A stretch of DNA of 64,000 nucleotides from assembly GCA_949358305.1 (NCBI GenBank), contig OX442314.1:31434001-31498000 (forward strand). The letters run 5' to 3'. Shown piece after piece: positions 32,154 through 40,683 of the stretch. The stretch's first letter is position 1; the number at the start of each line of letters is the position of its first letter. The notes beneath the pieces were generated by a model, which was not told where the DNA came from, searched no databases, and was given only the letters and a program-made list of their open reading frames with translations. Position numbers and translations under genes: made by a program. This DNA comes from Strigamia acuminata. Its lineage: Eukaryota.

Positions 32154-32540
32154 ATGGATCGAGCAGGTCTACAGAGATACCTAGTGCTCTTATTTGAAAA
32201 TCATAGATCTTGGTTCACAACAGGAAGTTATTCAATTGTTGTATCTTGCATCATTATTCTACAAATTGTGATTCTGATGTACTCTCCTCCAGCGTTGTTC
32301 CATCCAACTGTGGATGTAGTAGACATGTCACCTATTGCTAACGGCTGCAATTCAACTTTTGATCTGGGAAATGGAAAACAACTAAATATATGCAAACGTG
32401 GAAGTGACATCATATTTGATATTAGACAGTTTAGCAGAGCCGGCCCATCCATCAAAGGAATTAATTTGGATTGGTATCAATGGATTAGATTAACCCGAGC
32501 AATCTCATTCCTCTATTCGAATGTAACTATTGATAAATAA
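32154..32540 (+). CDS. Polinton protein: hydrophobic (TM-like) segment plus PC4-like ssDNA-binding domain
   Basis: YSIVVSCIIILQIVILMY, then FDLGNGKQLNI..IIFDIRQF..PSIKGINLDWYQWIRL, matching the PC4 pattern F.LG..DIR.F..P..KGI.L..QW..L. Confidence 0.7.
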   Translation: MDRAGLQRYLVLLFENHRSWFTTGSYSIVVSCIIILQIVILMYSPPALFHPTVDVVDMSPIANGCNSTFDLGNGKQLNICKRGSDIIFDIRQFSRAGPSIKGINLDWYQWIRLTRAISFLYSNVTIDK

Positions 32541-32593
32541 ACAAGCGCTTATGCAAAGAACAAATAAAAGTTTATTAACTGATCATATACAAA

Positions 32594-33688
32594 TTACAAT
32601 GGTGGGTTGTCTCGTAAGTCAATAGCGGGAATCCAGGAATTAAATTCATCACCGTAACCCATCCATTTTACAAAATACGATTTATTCGCACCTTTACCTT
32701 TAGACTTTAATACTGTTTCTACAGCATACTCCGCATCCTTGGGTTTATTAACCTTCTGCAACTCAAATTCATAAAAAGTACCGAGTAATAGTTCTTCATT
32801 ATAATCTTTAAGCTTATAGACAACTTCTGGTGGTCGGATTAATCGATTGGTTATATAATAAATTTGATGTGAATAGCTGCCCCTATATCCCTTTCGGAAA
32901 ACCGCTTTTGATTTTGATATTCTAACGCTATCACCAATATTAAACTTAAATTTCTTATGTCTTTTATTTATTGTATCGCCATATAAGTGATAAAACACTG
33001 CCGGTTCTTTCTCTTTCGTAACATCAACGGGTTTCATTCCTATTGTTCGATGAACGCTATGATTGTATGAATCAATAAATGCTTGCAGCTGATCTATATA
33101 TCGATGTCTGCCGGTATGTGTGAAATAAGTCCACATTTTCTGCTTTATGGTCCGATTCAATCTTTCACAAAGTGAGCATTTAATATCATCGTTTTCACTC
33201 GTAAAATGTTTGATATTATGTTTCTGTAAAAATTCTTGAAATCCTTTGTTTAAGTATTCTTTTCCCTTATCCGTCTGCAGGTAAAGGGGTTTAGTCTTGG
33301 CTCGTTTTAAAATTGTTTCAAAAGCCTTTATAATATGTTGCGCAGACTTTGTTGGCATTGCTTCAACATAAGCATATCGTGAAAATACATCAATGACCGT
33401 CATTAAATATCTATTTCCATCATTTTCTTTTGCTATGTTTCCAACTTCAACCAAATCCGATTGCCATTGGTAATTTATGGATGGTACAATAGTTTTAGAG
33501 CGTTGAAACTTGTATCGAACTGGTTTATGTAAAGTATAAGAATCTAATCCTTGTAACCAATCCTGAATCTCCTTTCTGGTAACTTGGACCCCTCGATTAC
33601 GTGCAGCATGAAACAATTTATCTCGACTACTAAATCCTGCAGGATCTCTCGGATTAAAGTAGATATCTTTCAATTGATGCTGTGTCAT
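32594..33688 (-). CDS. int: Polinton retroviral-like (rve) integrase with C-terminal chromodomain
   Basis: YTLHKP, WQSDL, IDVFSR, QTDKGKEY, ERLNRTIK, YNHSVHRTIGMKP; chromodomain YAVETVL..YFVKWMGYGDEFNSWI. Confidence 0.95.
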   Translation of the reverse strand: MTQHQLKDIYFNPRDPAGFSSRDKLFHAARNRGVQVTRKEIQDWLQGLDSYTLHKPVRYKFQRSKTIVPSINYQWQSDLVEVGNIAKENDGNRYLMTVIDVFSRYAYVEAMPTKSAQHIIKAFETILKRAKTKPLYLQTDKGKEYLNKGFQEFLQKHNIKHFTSENDDIKCSLCERLNRTIKQKMWTYFTHTGRHRYIDQLQAFIDSYNHSVHRTIGMKPVDVTKEKEPAVFYHLYGDTINKRHKKFKFNIGDSVRISKSKAVFRKGYRGSYSHQIYYITNRLIRPPEVVYKLKDYNEELLLGTFYEFELQKVNKPKDAEYAVETVLKSKGKGANKSYFVKWMGYGDEFNSWIPAIDLRDNPPL

Positions 33689-33725
33689 GTTTTCTAACTT
33701 TGTTCTGTGCTCCTAGATATACTGT

Positions 33726-34619
33726 TTATTTCTTTATTTTTTTCCTTTTTTGTGAAGTGGAAGTTGGTGTTTTATATTTGAATGAACTCTCGTCTCGGTC
33801 TCGTTGAAATCTTGAATTGGCATTTGGTGATCCGTAATGGGCCCAACTGTTCTCTAAGTCTGACAGCTCTTGATCTGATAGTGTTTGATTATTGATGATG
33901 GAATCATTTCCACTTAATGACTGTCTATGAATGTCCCTAGTAATTGTGGGAGTTGAAGTGCTCATCGGTCTATTTAATTCCTTTATTAAATTCTTGTTGA
34001 TAATGTATTCTTTTGGTACATTTGAATCAATCAAAATTTTAATATACTCTGACTGACCAATCGGAATTACATTTTGCTTCGGGCGGTTTCTTATGGTATA
34101 GTTTATAAGATCAGCTTTGGTTGTATTTGGAATTTTTACTCCATCTATAATCATTTCCGATAGATTACTCCATTTCAACCTCGGATTCAAATTCATAACT
34201 TCCATCAGTGCAATAGCTTGTTTCTTTTGATCTTTTGACATTTTATTCAACATTATTTTATCCAATGGTTGAAGAACAAATGGCGATTGAGATGTGGATA
34301 AGTGCGAAGCAATTGGTGGTGATTGAGGTGAAGATGGGGATTGAGCTGGAGGTGATATAGTAACAGTTTTTGGTGCATTTAATTGTTTCATTAGCTTCTG
34401 TTTGAAGTTTCCAAATTGTGATTGAAGTGTCGATATTAGTTTAGCTTTCATTTCATCATTCAAGTTTGCATCATTGAAAATTTCCTGTATTGATGCTTCT
34501 ATCTTTTGCAATTTTTGATATTGCGGGTCAATATCATCATAGCTCTGTTTTGAGTATTGTAAAGATGACATCATTTCCTGCGGTACTAAAACCATTTTCC
34601 TAGCCATTTCGTTTACCAA
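33726..34619 (-). CDS. Conserved Polinton hypothetical protein
   Basis: 297 aa in the ATPase-integrase gene run. MARKMVLVP start and KWSNLSEMIIDGVKIPNT..DLINY resemble a recurrent Polinton ORF. Confidence 0.7.
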   Translation of the reverse strand: MVNEMARKMVLVPQEMMSSLQYSKQSYDDIDPQYQKLQKIEASIQEIFNDANLNDEMKAKLISTLQSQFGNFKQKLMKQLNAPKTVTISPPAQSPSSPQSPPIASHLSTSQSPFVLQPLDKIMLNKMSKDQKKQAIALMEVMNLNPRLKWSNLSEMIIDGVKIPNTTKADLINYTIRNRPKQNVIPIGQSEYIKILIDSNVPKEYIINKNLIKELNRPMSTSTPTITRDIHRQSLSGNDSIINNQTLSDQELSDLENSWAHYGSPNANSRFQRDRDESSFKYKTPTSTSQKRKKIKK

Positions 34620-34935
34620 TTAGTTTACCTACTAATGCTCCAATAATTGGCGCTAATAGTTGCGGTAAAAATCCACCAGTCTGAATGACCAAGTTCCGTC
34701 TTTGTGTGATTGAGGATGTAGGAGTGGCTAATTTACGTAATAACCTTCTCCTTCGATGAAGTGATTGTTTCTGATTTGGTTTTAACTTAATTGTACCTTT
34801 TATAACATTTAAACAAATTTCACAGATGGTTTTACAGAAATCATCGTTAGAATGTTTGAGAAAATCCTTGATTTGCTTCTTATTTAAATCGGGAATGGCC
34901 CGGAGCACATTAGCGTGACGTCTTATTCGTTTCAT
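34600..34935 (-). CDS. Small basic Polinton protein with QTGG/F putative protease site and amphipathic C-terminal peptide
   Basis: ICEICLNVIKG..QTGGFLPQLLAPIIGALVGKLIG; lies directly after the ATPase. Confidence 0.75.
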   Translation of the reverse strand: MKRIRRHANVLRAIPDLNKKQIKDFLKHSNDDFCKTICEICLNVIKGTIKLKPNQKQSLHRRRRLLRKLATPTSSITQRRNLVIQTGGFLPQLLAPIIGALVGKLIGKRNG

Positions 34936-34944
34936 TAGTGGAAC

Positions 34945-35544
34945 CTAAATGTAAATTATAGTATATTCATCCGGAAATATATTAGTCTTCACTCTTTGAT
35001 CGTGAGGTGTATCCGGTTTCAAATCAATTAATAAATATCCAAAACTTTTCGCTGTTGCATCGTTAAATGCAGACATGAAAAATTTACCTCGCTGTGGAAA
35101 CATTTGACTTCCTACTTTTGCAATTTGATTCATATCTCTTGGATTTCGAAAAAGGATTAAATAGTGACTATTTAATGATAAAGTACGTTGATATTTGCTT
35201 TGATGAAATATGTTTTGACACAAATAAAATACACTAGTGCTCGTATGGTGCGAATATTTAGTCCACAATAACCCGATCTCTTCATTTAAATTTTCCATTT
35301 GATCATCAATGATGAAAAGCTTTCTCGTTGATGAATCCAAACTCTTTAGATTGGGCAATCCTTCATGGAACTGCACATTGGGAAATTGCAAGTACCACGG
35401 TTGCCATATTGAATAAAACCAGCAAATAATTTCCGGGGGCGGATCAATCATTTTACTCGCATTTTGGATAATTTTCTTACAAATCTCCGTTTTACCTGTT
35501 CCCGAACTTCCAGAAATAATAGCAGTAAATGGATGATGAAACAT
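34945..35544 (-). CDS. A32/FtsK-like DNA packaging ATPase
   Basis: Walker A GSSGTGKT, Walker B FIIDD, and SHH..QN..RTLSLNSHY..FRNPRD. Confidence 0.93.
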   Translation of the reverse strand: MFHHPFTAIISGSSGTGKTEICKKIIQNASKMIDPPPEIICWFYSIWQPWYLQFPNVQFHEGLPNLKSLDSSTRKLFIIDDQMENLNEEIGLLWTKYSHHTSTSVFYLCQNIFHQSKYQRTLSLNSHYLILFRNPRDMNQIAKVGSQMFPQRGKFFMSAFNDATAKSFGYLLIDLKPDTPHDQRVKTNIFPDEYTIIYI

Positions 35545-35597
35545 TGTTCATATAAGAGGTGATGTCGCCCCGATGATGCAATCAGAAGTGAGCAAAC

Positions 35598-35825
35598 ATG
35601 AATCCGGAACAGAGTTTCTATGTCAGTCTTCCATCAAATAGCAGCTTAGATTATTACCCGAATAATACATTGACGGAATTTCATACGCAATTACCATCGT
35701 ATATTAATTTAGATGAAAATTGGGAAGTGGGTCTGGTTGAATTCCTTTATCCAAGAAGCTGGACCAATGCTCTATTGCCCCGAGGTGCTAATTTTCGAAT
35801 ACTGAAGAATGAAATCATTAACTGA
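35598..35825 (+). pseudogene. Truncated minor capsid (penton) gene, N-terminal 75 aa only
   Basis: FYVSLPSNSSLDYYPNNTLTEFHTQLP..L..NWEVGLVEFLYP is the typical Polinton penton N-terminus. The ORF stops at codon 75. Confidence 0.8.
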
Positions 35826-35829
35826 AACT

Positions 35830-36354
35830 ATGAACACGGTCCAAATAACAGAGATTTTATCTAAGAATTCAGTGACGAGGCAAATATTTAAAGGTGTATA
35901 TCCAATTGATTTGCTATCCTCATCGCAACAAACAAACAAAACATGCGCGTTTGTTGTAAATACTCATCCCCACACAAAACCAGGTGAACATTGGGTAGCT
36001 TTGTTTCGAGATGAGAAAGTACCCGGTGCGATTGAATATTTTGATTCGTTCGGTAAACCACCGGCAAAAGACATTACTGCATTTATTCAAAATATCGGAT
36101 GTAAACTAACCAACAAGATTACTCAAACCTATCAATCTCCATGTAGTCTCGCATGCGGATATTATTGCATTTATTTTATTTATAATAGGTGTAAAGGAAA
36201 AAGCTTTGATTATATAAAAAATCAATTTAATCCAAAAAATCCATATTACAATGATCAAAAAGTTACAAGTTTTGTTAATCATATTTTTAATTTTAAAATG
36301 TCAACAATGTATGATAAAAATTGTATCGTGCAAATAAGTAACATAATGAAATAA
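35830..36354 (+). CDS. Adenain/Ulp1-like cysteine maturation protease
   Basis: VVNTHPHTKPGEHWVAL, EYFDSFG and YQSPCSLACGYYC (H-D-Q-C). Likely start is MNTVQI at 35830. Confidence 0.93.
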   Translation: MNTVQITEILSKNSVTRQIFKGVYPIDLLSSSQQTNKTCAFVVNTHPHTKPGEHWVALFRDEKVPGAIEYFDSFGKPPAKDITAFIQNIGCKLTNKITQTYQSPCSLACGYYCIYFIYNRCKGKSFDYIKNQFNPKNPYYNDQKVTSFVNHIFNFKMSTMYDKNCIVQISNIMK

Positions 36355-36386
36355 AGTAATCATTTCCAAAAGTGATGGTGTTTCAA

Positions 36387-36713
36387 TTAGCCCGGTGTGT
36401 CTAATCCATAGATGGAATGATAGATCAACCACTCTTCATTCAGTCTTTTTTCAAAAGTAATTCTCATCAATGGACAATAGGCAAACCAACGGTAATGTTC
36501 CAAAAGAGGTATGTCACCACGTTTCCATTCTTTTAGTCGTCCGAGGCAGTAGGCACATTCAACGTGATCATTTTCACCCAAGTATTTGAATCCGGCACGG
36601 GCTAAGGCGGAAGGATCAATGACGTGTCTAGAAACAGGCCAGTTGTGAAAGGTTTTCTTCCGTTCCCGGATTCGCTGCATCATCTCCGTCCGCATTCTCA
36701 TTTCCCGTTCCAT
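36387..36713 (-). CDS. Single-BIR inhibitor-of-apoptosis (IAP)-like protein
   Basis: R.KTF.NWP..LARAGF.Y.G..D.VECAYC...L.EW..GD.P..EH..WFAYCP, a complete BIR Cx2C..H..C pattern. Confidence 0.9.
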   Translation of the reverse strand: MEREMRMRTEMMQRIRERKKTFHNWPVSRHVIDPSALARAGFKYLGENDHVECAYCLGRLKEWKRGDIPLLEHYRWFAYCPLMRITFEKRLNEEWLIYHSIYGLDTPG

Positions 36714-37287
36714 TCAGGAGGGCTTCAAGATCGTCGAGGTAAGAATGGTCTAGAGTTTCAATGCACCACTCCTTAAAGCAAAGACACTCAGCTTGGGGAC
36801 AGTGCATTAACTTGGAGGGAAGTAAGGATTCATGCAGATCACATAATGGTTTTGAATCAGGATCAAGATTGAAATGAAGGTCTTGATATTTCGGACACCC
36901 CAATGATTCTAAGTCGAGGTATGGGATCTCGCATTTGATTAACCAATTCTTTTCAATTTGACCTCCTTTGAATGCAATTATCGGTCTGTTGGCTTCCTGA
37001 ATACAATTTATATGTAAAGATGTAAGGATAAATTGAATCCAACTTTGAGGAAGATCATCGGGACCATCTTCAAACTTCATGCCGTGGAGGTAACGTTTTA
37101 ACCAAGCAGCAACTTTTTGCCATTTTAGTTCTAGTTTGTCGAATTGCCCAACACGAAAGTGATAGCTTAATGTAGAATCCTTATACAGATAACACACCCC
37201 AAGCTCCTTGAGTAGAAAATTAGGACCAAACTGAAATCCCTCAAAGTCAATGATACAACCTACGTTTTTCAATTGTTCCGAATTCAT
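36628..37287 (-). CDS. DEDDh/DnaQ-fold nuclease-like protein with a Maelstrom-like E-C-H-C pattern
   Basis: IIDFEGF, LLKEL, LHG, YLDLE and CDLH-x10-C (HCPQAE). Confidence 0.6.
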   Translation of the reverse strand: MNSEQLKNVGCIIDFEGFQFGPNFLLKELGVCYLYKDSTLSYHFRVGQFDKLELKWQKVAAWLKRYLHGMKFEDGPDDLPQSWIQFILTSLHINCIQEANRPIIAFKGGQIEKNWLIKCEIPYLDLESLGCPKYQDLHFNLDPDSKPLCDLHESLLPSKLMHCPQAECLCFKEWCIETLDHSYLDDLEALLNGTGNENADGDDAANPGTEENLSQLACF

Positions 37288-38000
37288 TCTGAAACAATGA
37301 TTAAAATAAATAAAACATTTTCATAACATAAATAGCACTTACTTTGAATGATATTTCTAAAAGTTAAATTGATTCGCGGGCAAAGTGCAGAACGTTGTGG
37401 AGGAAGGCGGTGATACCAAAAACGGTTTGTGGGCTGGTGCATTACCAGAAGGCTGCCGTGTTCCAACACGAGAGAAATAGGTAGTGGCGGTAAAAGTGAG
37501 TACAATGCATTATACCTTCGTTTGAGAGACACGTGACGGAAAACAAAGTTTCTGATTTGTCCAAGAGACAGGCTCGCTATTGGTGCATTTGGATCAAGCC
37601 CTGCCTCATCATCTCGATGTTCACCAATAGTTTGCGTACCATTTGCATATCGGTTAACAAGAACAAAGTTAAATTCATGCCCGGTAACAAACTGAACAGC
37701 ATCCCGTAAATCACGCAAAAGAGGAGTCCAACTTTTAACCGGTAAAGTGTTACCAGAAAAAGAATATTTCAATCCGTCATCACCAAATGCAACTTCTTGT
37801 CTCGGTATATTGATCCATTTCCCATAAATCTTGATTTGACTCAGTCTACCAGAATAGTATGTGATTTCATTCTCCAGCTTTTGAAATGTAGAATCAGCTA
37901 CTTCTTTGTTGAATAGAAGACCGTACTGCAAGTGTAAATCCTGCTTGTGAATGTCTTTCCAACACACTGGCTCAATTTCAGTCTCATCCATGTTTCTCAT
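37284..38000 (-). CDS. alkB: AlkB-family Fe(II)/2OG dioxygenase, ALKBH2-like
   Basis: IPRQEVAFGD..YSFSG, FNFVLVNRY, HRDDE (HxD), IASLSLG, LEHGSLLVM, WYH and RINLTFR (RxxxxxR). Confidence 0.93.
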   Translation of the reverse strand: MRNMDETEIEPVCWKDIHKQDLHLQYGLLFNKEVADSTFQKLENEITYYSGRLSQIKIYGKWINIPRQEVAFGDDGLKYSFSGNTLPVKSWTPLLRDLRDAVQFVTGHEFNFVLVNRYANGTQTIGEHRDDEAGLDPNAPIASLSLGQIRNFVFRHVSLKRRYNALYSLLPPLPISLVLEHGSLLVMHQPTNRFWYHRLPPQRSALCPRINLTFRNIIQSKCYLCYENVLFILIIVSE

Positions 38001-38086
38001 CCAAAAGAAACTCCAGCTTGGTATATATACCAGTTAACCTATTCTGCTGTCCAATCGGAGACATGGCTATACTCATCCAAAGTGGT

Positions 38087-38190
38087 TTCAACGAATCAGA
38101 GCAGAAGACTCCTCCCCTTTGCTCCACTCACTTCCTGTTTTAACTTCCTTCTCCTACCCTTTGCTCCACTCACATGCTGTTTTAACCTCC
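38087..38190. promoter_or_regulatory. Two internal copies of a ~37-bp TIR-derived motif upstream of alkB
   Basis: ACTCCTCCCCTTTGCTCCACTCACTTCCTGTTTTAAC and a variant. Also present at 39103-39140, 39180-39217 and, inverted, at ~3997-4034. Confidence 0.7.
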
Positions 38191-38394
38191 CTTCCAAACA
38201 GTGAAAATGATGAAAGATATATTCATATTCAATCAAATTTTTATTCATGTAATTAATACAAAAGAAATAGCTACAAAAAATCTAATCGTAAATATTGATT
38301 ATTACATTACATTATATAAAATAGCTACAAAAAAATCTAATCATGAGTATACAATTTCAATTCTAGCATTACAAATATCAAATTAAGTATACAT

Positions 38395-39042
38395 CTAATC
38401 ATCATCAGTAATGGTAGGTGCACTGGTAGGTTTTGAATCATCGTCATCATCAGAAGAATCCACAAAATGTACTCCTGGTGCAGGTTTCAGATATGGTTTC
38501 ATCTGCTTTCTCTCCTTTTTCATTTTTAAAGCATTCGGAGCACGAGGTGTGGCCGGAGTTGCAATTGTAAAATCAGTTGTTACCTCAGGAATAGGTGGGT
38601 TGCTTTCTTCCAGCTTTGCCTTCGCTTCAACAATACTTGAAAATATAGATGGTAGTTGCAACTTGAGTTGACGCCATTGATCAATTGCAAGAAGAATAAA
38701 TTTCTCTGGTGCAAATGAACGGCATATCATCAAAGATATTTCACCAGTTTTGGACTTCGTTATGGTAACCAACACGCCTTCTTTACACTCAATAGATAAA
38801 GAAGATTTCTTCAGATTGTTTTTCAAAGATGAAATTTCACTTGAGATCCGCTTCAAATTATCCACAAAATCGTAAAATGTCAGTGTATTCATACACATAC
38901 CATCACGTGTGGGATACAGTTTTCCATTCGGGTATGATTGGAATCGTCTCAGATGGATATACACTCCGGTTTGAAATGGGTTGATTTGACAATAATGTTC
39001 CCCACCAAGAGAGTAGGTCCCTTAGCTTGAAGTAGTCGTCAT
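38395..39042 (-). pseudogene. PC4-like ssDNA-binding protein with an in-frame TAA at codon 7
   Basis: ATG at 39042 reads MTTTSS*GTYSLGGEHYCQINPFQTGVYIHLRRFQ..GKLYPTRDGMCM, in frame with the track ORF 38395-38964. Stop is at 39022-39024. Confidence 0.65.
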
Positions 39043-39179
39043 GGCTAGCTTGTGAGAGAAATGGTGAGCTTTGCAAAATTTGGGTTGTATTTAAAGGAGG
39101 TAACTCCTCCCCTTTGCTCCACTCACTTCCTGTTTTAACCTCCCTTTCCATAAGTGAATTCAACGAATCAGAGCTGGAG

Positions 39180-40683
39180 ACTCCTCCCCTTTGCTCCACT
39201 CACATTCCTGTTTTAACCACACTCCCTCTCCAATTCACCCTCCTTGTGCTGCACTACCGTGGGAACTGGTTCCCCTCCTCAATTCCCCTCTCCCCTTGCT
39301 GCACTGCTGCTGTGGGAACTGTTTCCCCTCCCCCACACCCCCCTGCCCCTTGCTGTACCACCGTGAGAACTGTTTCCCCTCCCCAATTCTCCCCTCCCCA
39401 TGCTGTGAGAACTTGTCCAAACTTGTCCAAACAGGTTTGAACTTGTCAGAACTTGTCCAAACAGGTTAGAAATGAAGAAAAGTAAAAAGCTTATTACTTA
39501 TAACCAATATTAAAAAGATATAAGTTAGAAAATGTTCTCAGTTAATCAAATGTGATAAAATTCAGTAAACTTCTTAGAATTTAAACCTAAATATGATAAA
39601 TTTCAACCAAAAAATGATATAAACCATAATATGTTCACTAATTTTAACCAATATATGATAAAAATCGTGATATTTTAACTAATTTCATCCAAAAAGTGAT
39701 AAAAAATTGTGATATTTTAACTAAAATCAACCAAAAAGTGATAAAAATCATAATATTTCAACTCATTTCAATCAAAGTTTGATAAAAATCATAATATTTC
39801 AACTAATTTCATCCAAAATGTGATATAATTTGTACAAATACCAGGGAAAAGCAGATAAAAATGTTTTAAACTCACTTTCCATCACTGGTGTTGATATATG
39901 GCAATAGACACAACACATGTCCACTTCACCCTCCCCTGCACTTCACCTTCCCCCTGCACTTCACCCTCCCCTTTGCTATACCACTGTGAGAACTCTTTTG
40001 ATAGAGTATACATTCATTGAAGATAGATATAAGATCAGAAAGAACTGTAACTCACTGATTGCATGCACATTTGATCAAAAATACCAACTCTTTCTTCACC
40101 AAATCAAAAAAACTTTTAAAAAAGTTTTAAAAAAATATTTTTTGATCTAAAAGTTGTTTACATTTCTGAAATCAGCATTAAATTCTACATCAGAAACATA
40201 TTTTAATGCACAAAATGGGTTTTAATTTCTCTTTCAATCACTGATGTTGCAGGAATGTTATGAAAATAGCTTCACCCCAATGTCCACTTCACACTCCCCC
40301 TCCACTGCACCCTCCCCCTAGCTGCTCCGGCCGTGGGAACTATTTCAGTAGCAGTGACATTCCTTGAGGATAAGGGATAAAAGTAGACTCTGAGAAACTG
40401 ACTTATTGCATGCACATTTCATCAAAAATATCAACTTTTTCTTAATCACATGATGATGTAACCTGGTGGTATAGATTGGAACTAATTATTTCATTTTTCC
40501 ACATACATATATGCATATAATCAAATTAAAAATCAATAAATAAAAAAAAATTATAAAAAAAAAATTAAAAAAATTAATTAAAATTAAAAAAAAATTACAC
40601 CTCCCCCACCCACTTCCACCTCACCACCCTCCCCCTCCCCAAAACCACTACCACTGGGCCAGACCGCCCAACAACCCACTACT
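39180..40683 (-). repeat. Polinton right terminal inverted repeat
   Basis: Reverse complement of 2530-4034; ends ACTACT followed by TSD AACCTG. Confidence 0.96.

Larger units (their letters stand above)
2530..40683. mobile_element. Polinton/Maverick (adintovirus-like) element, ~14.4 kb after removing nested retrotransposons
   Basis: Termini AGTAGT...ACTACT; 6-bp TSD AACCTG (2524-2529 and 40684-40689); ~1.5-kb TIRs; pPolB, rve integrase, A32/FtsK-like ATPase, adenain-like protease and penton N-terminus inside. Confidence 0.97.
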
